Part shown: piece by piece, positions 52,816 to 61,961 of the stretch
Layout: each line of letters begins with the position of its first letter
Position numbering within the stretch: position 1 is the first letter of the stretch
NCBI GenBank assembly: GCA_015055535.1
Contig: SVIA01000006.1
Span: 1-61,961, forward strand
Reading direction: 5' to 3'
DNA length: 61,961 bases
Source: Clostridiales bacterium
GTDB lineage: Bacteria; Bacillota; Clostridia; Christensenellales; UBA1242
Position numbers and translations under genes: made by a program
Notes under the pieces: generated by a model
What the model saw: only the letters and a program-made list of their open reading frames with translations
Told to the model about the DNA's origin: nothing
Databases searched by the model: none

Positions 52816-53712
52816 CTATAAATTTTGTTTTAAATAAGATACAATTTCATCTATATTTTCAATATTCATAAATTTGGCATTTGGCATAGTTTTAAACCAT
52901 GTTATTTGTCTTTTTGCATAGTGGCGTGAATTTTGTTTAATTTTATCTTTAACTTCATCTAAGGTTTTTAACCCCTCAAAATAATCAAAAAACTCTCTAT
53001 AACCAATTGCTTGCATACTTTGGCTTTCTCTAGTTAAATTATATTTTTTAATTACTTGTTTAACTTCGTTTAATAAGCCGTCATTAAACATTTCTTCAAC
53101 CCTATTATTTATTCTATCATATAAAATATCTCTTTCACAAGTTAATACAATCAATTCATAATTATATCGACTTTTTTCTTCATCTAACTTTATTTCATTA
53201 TTATTATCTAATATCTCTAATGCTCTTATTACTCTTTTTGTATCATTAAAATGAAGCTTACTAGCTCTGTCTGGATTTTTTTCTTTTAAAATATTATAAA
53301 CAAATTCATTGCCTTTTTCTTTGCATAAATTTTCATAATACATTCTTAATTCTTCGTTTTTATAAGTTGAATTAAAACTGTATGGAAAAAGTAAACTTTT
53401 CATATATAGGCCCGTTCCGCCAATAATAATTGGAAGTTTATTTAATTTTCTAGCCTTATCTATTTCAGTTTTACATAATTTAACATATTCGCTTACGCTA
53501 AACTCTTTATCTGGGGTTATTATATCTATTAATGCATGAGGATATTGTTTTTGTTCTTCTTTACTTATTTTTGCCGTTCCAATATTCATATCTTTATATA
53601 TTTGCATGCTATCACATGAAATTAAATAACCATTAAAAATATCTTTACATAATAAACTTAATTTAGTTTTTCCAACCCCAGTTGAACCACCAATTAATAA
53701 AATTTTATTCAT
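52816..53712 (-). CDS. miaA: tRNA dimethylallyltransferase
   Basis: GSTGVGKT, DSMQIY, GGTGLY, YAKRQITWF. Confidence 0.96.
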   Translation of the reverse strand: MNKILLIGGSTGVGKTKLSLLCKDIFNGYLISCDSMQIYKDMNIGTAKISKEEQKQYPHALIDIITPDKEFSVSEYVKLCKTEIDKARKLNKLPIIIGGTGLYMKSLLFPYSFNSTYKNEELRMYYENLCKEKGNEFVYNILKEKNPDRASKLHFNDTKRVIRALEILDNNNEIKLDEEKSRYNYELIVLTCERDILYDRINNRVEEMFNDGLLNEVKQVIKKYNLTRESQSMQAIGYREFFDYFEGLKTLDEVKDKIKQNSRHYAKRQITWFKTMPNAKFMNIENIDEIVSYLKQNL

Positions 53713-55688
53713 TAAACTTTCCTTTTAAAAGATTTTTCTAATTCGCTTTGTGTAATTTCTATAATTGCAGGACGTCCATGTGGACAAGATAAAGTCATAT
53801 TATTTTTTTTCATTTTATTTAATAATATTTCAATGTCCTCAGAGCTTAATTTATCACCAGCTCTAACACTTGCCTTACAAGCTTTTTGACTTAATTTTTC
53901 TTTTAATAAATCTGTTGTTTCAATTTTCTTTAAAGAATTTAAATCGCTTAAAATTTCTTTGAAAAAATCTGAAACATTAATATTATATAAAACACTTGGA
54001 ATTGTTGAAACTTTAAAACAATTATTTCCAAAATTAGTAACTGAAAATCCAAGGTTTTTCAAATTTGCCAAATTGTTTTCTAAAAATTCAGTTTCTAACA
54101 CATTAGTTTCTAAAATATATGGAATTAACAGTGGTTGAACACTTAAAGTCTTTTCTTCTAGTGTTTTAATAAGCTTATCGTAATTTAATCTTTCATGACA
54201 AGCATGTTGGTCTAAAACAAACAAACTATTATTCATTTCAAGTAAAATATAAGTATTAAAACATGTACCAATAATTTTATAGTTCAATGAATTTATATTA
54301 TCGAATAATTCTGTTTTGGTTGAATAAAGCTTTTCAAACTTATTTTCAACTTTCTCGTTTAACACTTCTTCTTTTGGTTTATTAGTATTTATATTTACTT
54401 TATCTAGTTCTATTTTTAAAGCTTTTGCCATAATAGGACTATCACAAAAAACTTCTTGATTACTAGAAAGTTTTGAGTAAGAATCAAATACATCTTTTTC
54501 AGATTTAAAACTATTATTTATGTTTGAAACGTTTATATTTTCGATTTTTTCATTTTCAATACTTTTAGTACCTATATTTTTAATTTCAATTTTATTGTCA
54601 TTTTTATCATCTTCAAAGCTTTTGCCAACAAAATTTGGTTCTGGAAGATTTATGTTTTTATTAAAACTAAATAAACTATTTTCATCAACTTTTTTTATTT
54701 CATTAAAATCTAACAAAGCTTTAGAAATTGCCGAATAAAAATAACCGTAAATTTTTTGTGAGTTTTCAAACTTTACATCTAATTTATTAGGATGAACATT
54801 TACATCTAAACTATCAAATGGAATTTCCATATTTAAAACAAAAAATGGAAATTGCCCTTTCATTAAATAATTTTGGTATGCATTTTGAATACATGTAGAA
54901 ATTAAATTATTTACAACATACCTTTTATTAATTATTAGTGTTTGATATGTTCTATTGTTTTTAGTAAAAGTTGGTTTAGATATATAACCATGTATTTTAA
55001 GATTTTCACTTTCGAAATTTACATTAATTAAATTTTCTAGTGTACCCTTTTTATAAACCAAATAAATTGCATCTTCTAAACCAGTTCCATTTGTTTTGTA
55101 AATTTGTTCGCCATTAACAAAATAACTGAATTTTACATTGGGATTTGCTAAAATATAGCGAACAACTAAATTCGTTATTTCACTTTCTTCGGTTTTTGGT
55201 TTTCTTAAAAATTTTTTTCTTGCTGGAATGTTATAAAATAAATCTTTAACTTCTATAATGGTTCCATTATTTAAAACTGCATCTTCAAATTTTTTAACAA
55301 TTCCACCTTCTAAAACAATTTCTTTACCTACATCAAATTCTTTTTGTTTTGTTTTTAATGAGCAAATAGAAACTGATGCAATACTTGCTAAAGCTTCTCC
55401 TCTAAACCCTAAAGTAGAAATATTAGATAAATCTTCAACAGTTTTTATTTTACTTGTAGCATGTGGTAAAAATGCTGATTTTACATCTTCTGGATGAATA
55501 CCATGTCCGTTATCTATAACTCTAATTTTATCAATACCACCATTTTCAATTTCAATACTAATTTCATTAGCGCCAGCATCTAAAGAATTCTCAACAAATT
55601 CTTTTATAATAGAAGCTGGTTTTTCTACAACTTCACCAGCTGCTATTTTATTAAAAACATGAGTTTCTAAAACATTAATTCTATTCAT
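53712..55688 (-). CDS. mutL: Mismatch repair endonuclease MutL
   Basis: IAAGEVVE, GFRGEAL, DQHACHER, CPHGRP. Confidence 0.96.
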   Translation of the reverse strand: MNRINVLETHVFNKIAAGEVVEKPASIIKEFVENSLDAGANEISIEIENGGIDKIRVIDNGHGIHPEDVKSAFLPHATSKIKTVEDLSNISTLGFRGEALASIASVSICSLKTKQKEFDVGKEIVLEGGIVKKFEDAVLNNGTIIEVKDLFYNIPARKKFLRKPKTEESEITNLVVRYILANPNVKFSYFVNGEQIYKTNGTGLEDAIYLVYKKGTLENLINVNFESENLKIHGYISKPTFTKNNRTYQTLIINKRYVVNNLISTCIQNAYQNYLMKGQFPFFVLNMEIPFDSLDVNVHPNKLDVKFENSQKIYGYFYSAISKALLDFNEIKKVDENSLFSFNKNINLPEPNFVGKSFEDDKNDNKIEIKNIGTKSIENEKIENINVSNINNSFKSEKDVFDSYSKLSSNQEVFCDSPIMAKALKIELDKVNINTNKPKEEVLNEKVENKFEKLYSTKTELFDNINSLNYKIIGTCFNTYILLEMNNSLFVLDQHACHERLNYDKLIKTLEEKTLSVQPLLIPYILETNVLETEFLENNLANLKNLGFSVTNFGNNCFKVSTIPSVLYNINVSDFFKEILSDLNSLKKIETTDLLKEKLSQKACKASVRAGDKLSSEDIEILLNKMKKNNMTLSCPHGRPAIIEITQSELEKSFKRKV

Positions 55689-55700
55689 TTTATTGTTCCT

Positions 55701-58283
55701 TTATAATCTTTCTTTTAAATTTGTTAATATTGAAAAAGCTTCTAATGGACTAATTTTATTCAAGTCTAATTCTTTTAACATATTAATTGTTTCGGCACTC
55801 CTTGGTGGTAAACTATTATTGGCTGCCATGTTTTTTACAGCATCTTTTTCTTCTAAAGAATATAAAATGCTCTTACTATTTTCAATTAATTCTTGTGGAA
55901 GCCCTGCTAAACGTGCAACCTCGATACCAAAACTTCTATTAGCACCACCTCTAGCTATTTTTCTTAAAAAAATAACTGAATTATTTAATTCTTTTACTGT
56001 AATTCTATAATTTTTTACACCTTCTAATTTGCCTTCTAATTCTGTTAATTCATGATAATGTGTAGAAAATAGTGTTTTTGCTTTAATATGTTTAGATAAA
56101 TAATCCATTACACTCCAAGCAATACTTAAACCATCATAAGTAGCTGTACCTCTTCCAACTTCATCTAATAAAATTAAACTTTCGTTAGTTGCATTAGATA
56201 ATATGTTAGCTACTTCTGTCATTTCTACCATAAATGTAGATTGCCCATAAATCAAATCATCACTAGCACCAATACGTGTAAATATTCTATCTGTCAAACA
56301 AATGTTAGCCTCTCTTGCTGGAACAAAACTACCAATATGTGCCATTAAAGTAATTAAAGCCACTTGACGCATATATGTACTTTTACCAGCCATATTTGGT
56401 CCCGTTATTATCATTGTACGATTTTCATTACCATCTAAAATTGTATCGTTGCTAATAAACTCGCCTTTATTTAAAAGTGCTTCAACAACAGGGTGTCTTC
56501 CATCTACAATTTCTATTTTGTCTAATTTTTTAGAAATAACAGGTTTTACATAATCTCTTTTTACTGCAACTGTAGCCAAAGAAACTAGTGCATCTAATAA
56601 ACCAATACTTCGTGCTGTTTTTTGTAAAGCTGGTACATGACTATTTAAAATTTGTTTAATATTATCAAAAAGTTCATACTCACGTTTTAAAGCTTTTTCT
56701 TCTGCATTTAAAACTTTTTCTTCTATTTCTTTTAATTCTTCTGTGTAATATCTTTCAGCATTTGTTAAAGTTTGTTTTCTTATATAGCGATAAGGCACTA
56801 ATTCTTTTTGTGAATTTGTAACTTCTATATAATAACCAAACACACGGTTATATTCAATTTTTAAGTTTTTAATTCCTGTACTTTCTTTTTCAGTTTGTTC
56901 TAATGCTGTAATCCATTTTTTATGTTGAGATTTAGCATTTTTATACTCATCAAAAACAGAATCAAAACCAAGTTTTATAAACCCGCCGTCTTTATAATCG
57001 TTAGTTGCAGTTTCACCATCTATAGCTTGTTCTAGATAATTAGCTAATTCTTCAAAATCATCTATATTATTAACAATATCGTTTATAATTTCAGATTTAA
57101 AATTTTTTAATATAAATTTTAGCTGAGGAATAACCTTTAAACTATCTTTAATTGTTAAACAACCTCTTGGAGTAATAGAACCGTAACTAATTTTACTAGA
57201 CATACGTTCTAAGTCATTTATTTGTTTTAAAATATCAATTATATTTTCTCTTTTAGAAATGTTTAAAAATAATTCTTCAACACCATTTAAACGATAATTA
57301 ATTTTTTCGTCATTATGTAAAGGTTGTTCAATGAAACTTCTTAAAGTTCTTCCACCCATTGCAGTATTAGTATCGTCTAAAAGCCAAAGCAAACTACCCT
57401 TCTTTTTATTGTCTTTTCCACTAGCTGTTAATTCTAAGTTTCTTCTTGTATTAACATCTAAATACATATAATCTTTAGAATAGTAGTATTTAACTTTATT
57501 TAAATGAGTTAAATTTCTTTTTTGTGTTTTAAATAAATACGAAAGAAGTGCTCCAACACAAATCAATTCATTTTTATTATTTATTTCATAAATTTTATAA
57601 TTATTTGTATTAAATTGTTTGTAAAAAATGTCTTCACTATTTTTTAAATTAAATTCTTTCTCTTCAATATCAGAAAAATCGGGAATATTATTTAGTTTTA
57701 TAGCATTTAAATTTAAACTTTCTAATTTCATTTCACTGTTACAAATAATTTCACTTGGCGAAATCATAATTAAAAAATCATTTAATTTTTGAAGTGTTGG
57801 CTCACTTGTTATGTAAAATTCTCCAGTAGAAATATCTGAAAAAGCAACATAGTACTCTTTATTAAAATATACACAAGCAATGAAATTGTTTTTCTTTTCT
57901 TCTAAAATTTCATCTTCCATAATAGTACCAGGAGTTACAATTCTAATAACATCTCTTTCAACTATCTCTTTAGAATTTTTTGTTGGTTCTGTTAACTGCT
58001 CACAAATACCAACTTTATATCCCATAGCAATAAGTTTTTTTAAATAAATATCACAAGCTTTTGCTGGAACTCCACACATTTCGGCTTTACCGGCTTTTCC
58101 ACAAGCTTTACTAGTTAAAGTTAAATCTAAAACTTTACTACAAAGTACAGCATCTTCAAAAAACAACTCATAAAAATCACCCAATCTATAAAAAATTATA
58201 ATATCTGGATGTTGTTCTTTTACTCTTATATAGTGTTGCATCATTGGTGAATAATCTTCAATTTTTTGAATTCTATCTTCCAT
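55701..58283 (-). CDS. mutS: Mismatch repair protein MutS
   Basis: GDFYELF, TGPNMAGKST, STFMVEM, DEVGRGT. Confidence 0.97.
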   Translation of the reverse strand: MEDRIQKIEDYSPMMQHYIRVKEQHPDIIIFYRLGDFYELFFEDAVLCSKVLDLTLTSKACGKAGKAEMCGVPAKACDIYLKKLIAMGYKVGICEQLTEPTKNSKEIVERDVIRIVTPGTIMEDEILEEKKNNFIACVYFNKEYYVAFSDISTGEFYITSEPTLQKLNDFLIMISPSEIICNSEMKLESLNLNAIKLNNIPDFSDIEEKEFNLKNSEDIFYKQFNTNNYKIYEINNKNELICVGALLSYLFKTQKRNLTHLNKVKYYYSKDYMYLDVNTRRNLELTASGKDNKKKGSLLWLLDDTNTAMGGRTLRSFIEQPLHNDEKINYRLNGVEELFLNISKRENIIDILKQINDLERMSSKISYGSITPRGCLTIKDSLKVIPQLKFILKNFKSEIINDIVNNIDDFEELANYLEQAIDGETATNDYKDGGFIKLGFDSVFDEYKNAKSQHKKWITALEQTEKESTGIKNLKIEYNRVFGYYIEVTNSQKELVPYRYIRKQTLTNAERYYTEELKEIEEKVLNAEEKALKREYELFDNIKQILNSHVPALQKTARSIGLLDALVSLATVAVKRDYVKPVISKKLDKIEIVDGRHPVVEALLNKGEFISNDTILDGNENRTMIITGPNMAGKSTYMRQVALITLMAHIGSFVPAREANICLTDRIFTRIGASDDLIYGQSTFMVEMTEVANILSNATNESLILLDEVGRGTATYDGLSIAWSVMDYLSKHIKAKTLFSTHYHELTELEGKLEGVKNYRITVKELNNSVIFLRKIARGGANRSFGIEVARLAGLPQELIENSKSILYSLEEKDAVKNMAANNSLPPRSAETINMLKELDLNKISPLEAFSILTNLKERL

Positions 58284-59412
58284 TTTTCTTTTGTATTTCC
58301 TTTTCTAAATTTAAAATTTTATTAACCCTTTCATTTTTCACACTAAGAGGCAAATGATCTGGCATTGTTTCAGCTTTTGTCCCAGTTCTTACAGAATACA
58401 TATATGCAAATATGCCATCGTATTCAACTGTTTTTATTAAATTATAAGTTTCCATAAAATCTTCTTCTGTTTCTCCAGGAAAACCTACAATAATATCTGT
58501 TGTAAGTCTAACATTTGGTATTTTTTGTTTTATGTAATTAATGGTTTCCATATAATGTTCTATTGTATATCTTCTATTCATTAATTTTAAAATTTTATTA
58601 CTACCACTTTGAACTGGCAAATGTATTTCTTTACTTAATTTATCATTTTCAGATATTGTATCTATAACTTCTTTAGACAAATCTTTTGGATGACTTGTCA
58701 TAAATTTTATTGTAAAATCACCATCCAAATTGGCTAAAGTTTTTAATAAATTATTAAAATTCACATTACTATCTTCAATATCATTACCATAACTATTAAC
58801 ATTTTGTCCAAGTAAAGTTATACATTTATAGTCACTATCTATTAATTTTTTTACTTCTTCTACTATTTCATTAAAATTACGGCTTCTTTCTCTACCTCTA
58901 ACATAAGGCACTATACAATAACTACAGAAATTATTACAACCATATATGATATTTACATAAGCATTAAACTTATCATCTCTAACCATATTGGTTTGCTCTG
59001 GCATTAATCTATCATCATCACTTATTTCATAAACTCGTTTATTTGTATTAAGTCTTTTAATTAAAAGATCTTTAAACATAAATAAATTATGTGTACCAAA
59101 AACAATATCCACAAAAGGATAACTAGATTTAATTTTTTCTACTCTATCTTTTTGTTGTGTCATACAACCACAAACAGCAATTATTAAATCTTTATTTTTT
59201 TTCTTTAAACCTTTTAATGCACCAATATTTCCAAAAGCTCTATCTTCAGCTCCTTGACGAATGCAACAGGTATTAAAAACTATAACACTAGCATTTTCTT
59301 TTTTATCTGTTTTTTTATATCCAAGTTCTTCTAAGATGCCTGCAAGCTTTTCGCTTTCATGAATATTCATTTGACAACCGTAAGTAATAATTTGATAATA
59401 TTTATTTTCCAT
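58273..59412 (-). CDS. miaB: tRNA methylthiotransferase MiaB, lacking the C-terminal TRAM domain
   Basis: TYGCQMN, GCNNFCSYCIVPYVRGRERSR, LLGQNVNSYG, IIVGFPGET. Confidence 0.9.
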   Translation of the reverse strand: MENKYYQIITYGCQMNIHESEKLAGILEELGYKKTDKKENASVIVFNTCCIRQGAEDRAFGNIGALKGLKKKNKDLIIAVCGCMTQQKDRVEKIKSSYPFVDIVFGTHNLFMFKDLLIKRLNTNKRVYEISDDDRLMPEQTNMVRDDKFNAYVNIIYGCNNFCSYCIVPYVRGRERSRNFNEIVEEVKKLIDSDYKCITLLGQNVNSYGNDIEDSNVNFNNLLKTLANLDGDFTIKFMTSHPKDLSKEVIDTISENDKLSKEIHLPVQSGSNKILKLMNRRYTIEHYMETINYIKQKIPNVRLTTDIIVGFPGETEEDFMETYNLIKTVEYDGIFAYMYSVRTGTKAETMPDHLPLSVKNERVNKILNLEKEIQKKNGR

Positions 59413-59480
59413 ATTATAATTATATACTTTTTTTATACTTTTTTCAACATAATTTAATTAAAAAAACTAATACTATTTAT

Positions 59481-61744
59481 ATGAAAAAAGTTATTAAGAT
59501 AAGTTTTATATGTTTTATTTGTTTGTTTTTTATATTTTTAATATTTTCGAGTGTTATATTACATAATGCTTTTAAACATGCTTCAAATATAAACTTTGAT
59601 AAAGATCTGCTTATTAGTGCAAGCAGTAAAATTGAACTATATAATAATAACAACGAATTAATTAAAAATACAACTCATAATAAAGTGGTCGAAATAGAAA
59701 AAATACCGGATTTTGTAAAAAATGCATTTATTAGCATTGAGGATAAAAAGTTTTATAGTCATTGTGGTATAAATTATAAAAGAATTATTAAAAGCATGAT
59801 AAACAATTTAAAAAGTGGCTACATAAAAGAAGGTGGCTCAACCATTAGTCAACAACTAATAAAAAATACTCATTTAAGCGGAGAAAAAACTTTTGATAGA
59901 AAAATTAAAGAGTTAATTTTAACAAAAAAGTTAGAAAAAAATTTTACTAAAGACGATATTTTAGAATGCTATTTGAATGTTATATATTTTGGAAATAGTT
60001 TTTATGGAATAGAAAATGCAAGTCTTGGTTATTTTAATAAAACAACTAGCGAGCTTTCTTTAAACGAAGCCTGTGTGCTTGCTGGTTTAATTAAAGCCCC
60101 TAAAAAGTACTCTCCCATTTTAAATTACGAAAACTCTTTTAAAAGAAAAAATTTGGTTTTAAAAGAAATGTTAAAAGATGGTTATATTACTCAACAAAAT
60201 TATGATGATAACATTAATAAAGATATAACACTATACTTAAGTACTTCTTCAATAAAAAATATTTATGAACAAGCAGTTTTAGATGAGGCCGAAAAATTAT
60301 TACATTTAACTGAACAAGATTTAAAATTGTTAAACGCTAAAATTTATACTTATTTAGATGAAAATGTACAAAATAATATTATAGATATTGTAAATAATGA
60401 TAATTTTTATCATAAAAATAGCTTTGGAAATACTGCTGATAGCGCTGTAGTTGTCATAGATAACGAAACTGGTGGCATAAATGCCTTTTATGGTAAGTGT
60501 GATTATAATTTAATTGATATAAAAAGACAGCCTGGTTCTACCATAAAACCAATTTTAGTGTTTAGCCCAGCTTTAGAAAAAGGCATAATTTGCCCAGAAA
60601 GTCAAATTTTAGATGAAAAAATTAATATTGATGGGTACTCTCCTAATAATGTAGGAAACATTTATCATGGCTATGTTAGTGCTACCGAAGCATAGAACAA
60701 TCTTTAAATGTACCAGCTGTTAAACTAATGCAACAAGTAGGAATTGAAAATTGCAAAAATTTCGTTAAAAACGTAGGCTTAAATTTATCGGATGAGGGCA
60801 ACAACTATGCTTTAGCTCTTGGCGGATTTAAATACGGCACAAATTTAATTGATTTAACCAACACATTTCTTCCTTTTTCACAAAAAGGCAATTTTAAAAA
60901 AGCCACTTTTATAAAAGAAATAAAAGGTATAGGAGACAAAACCTTATATAAACATATTATTAAAAATAATAAAGCAATGAGCGAAGAAAGTGCTTATTTA
61001 ATGAACAATATGTTAATTAAAGGTGTAGAAAATGGAACAAGTAAAAGATTGAAAGATTTACCATTTAAAGTTGCCGGAAAAACTGGCACTGTTGGTATTA
61101 AAAATACAAATTTAAATACAGATGTTTATTCTGTTGCTTATACAAAAAATAAAACTTGTGGTGTTTGGCTTGGAAATTCTACAAACAAAGCTGACGGCGT
61201 ATTGGAGGGTTGTAATAATGGTGGAACATTTTGTACAAGTATGTTAAAAGAAGTATTATTAAAAGCACATGAAAACATAACAATAACAGAATTTGATAAT
61301 GCTCCTATTGGTATTGAAAAAGTTAACATTGATGAAGTAGTACTTGAAAATGAACACATTTTAACTTTAGCCAGTGAAAATACCCCTCCAATTTACAAAA
61401 AATCTATTGAAATTAATAAAAAATTTAATAATCTAAAAGTTAGCACAAGTTATTCAAATCCAAAAGCACCAGAAATTCAAGTTAAATTAATCAATAATAA
61501 ACCCGTAATAACATTTACCGCACAAAAACACTTAATTTATAAAATATATAGAATTGAAGAAGATCAAACTAAAATTTTACAAACTATTAAAAATAAACGT
61601 GGAGAAATTGAATTTACTGATAATTTAGCAAATTTAGATACTTTTTATAACTATTATGTAGAATGTTTTGCTTATAATTACTCAACATACACTCCAAGTA
61701 GTAAAGCAAAAAGTAATATAGTTAAATTTATTATTTTAAATTAA
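59481..61744 (+). pseudogene. Class A penicillin-binding protein split by a 1-nt frameshift near 60692 (pseudogene or sequence error)
   Basis: EDKKF, GGSTISQQL, RKIKE, GSTIKP in ORF1; SLN and KTGT in the second frame; GCATAGAA would be GCA ATA GAA if one A were restored. Confidence 0.85.
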
Positions 61745-61766
61745 TAATCTTTATAATTTAATTAAT

Positions 61767-61800
61767 AAAAAAGGCAATTTAAGTTTAAATTGCCTTTTTT
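61767..61800. terminator. Bidirectional terminator
   Basis: AAAAAAGGCAATTTAA-GT-TTAAATTGCCTTTTTT. Confidence 0.85.
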
Positions 61801-61832
61801 CGTTTTTTAACATATTAACTTTTAAATATTTT

Positions 61833-61961
61833 TTACAAAATAACGTTGCCGTAGTAGGCGTTGTTTGTTGTTTTGCTTATTTGAATTCTTACTGTTGTTT
61901 TTTCACCTTGTGTTTCGTTTAGTGTTATTGTTGTTACATTCGATGTGTCTAATTCTATTCC
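61833..61961 (-). CDS. C-terminal end of an unknown protein entering from the right edge
   Basis: Open frame GIELDTSNVTTITLNETQGEKTTVRIQISKTTNNAYYGNVIL then stop, just before the terminator. Confidence 0.6.
   Translation of the reverse strand, partial: GIELDTSNVTTITLNETQGEKTTVRIQISKTTNNAYYGNVIL

Overview
Very AT-rich chromosomal segment of a spore-forming Clostridia-type Firmicute with a streamlined gene order (lineage inferred from gene content only). Most of it is housekeeping: murG, sigK, hemZ-rel-recJ-secFD, yajC-tgt-queA-ruvBAC, nrdR, infC-rpmI-rplT with L20 leader, engB, dnaG-rpoD-trmK, glyQS, miaB-mutS-mutL-miaA-cmk-plsC-gmk and a frameshifted class A PBP. I saw no rRNA, tRNA, CRISPR array, integrase, transposase or reverse transcriptase. 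The best candidate for an undescribed system is the accessory operon at 26143-31282. It encodes a MoxR-type AAA+ ATPase fused to a circularly permuted DUF6273-like (WLRS...GVRP) domain and a duplicated, partly decayed C-terminal domain, a small degenerate AAA paralogue, a HExxH peptidase-vWA protein and a P-loop kinase, under a promoter overlapped by a 21-bp tandem repeat. Other notable items: a divergent DAC-fold protein coupled to a tandem-RHH-like protein; a HipA-type kinase plus HipS-like pair in front of a topoisomerase gene; a G9 tract in the promoter spacer of a surface lipoprotein; a long Rel with a degenerate hydrolase domain; MiaB lacking TRAM; and at least seven genes whose ATG lies exactly 6 nt after a -10 box (apparent leaderless mRNAs). 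All family calls are by motif recognition, not database searches.
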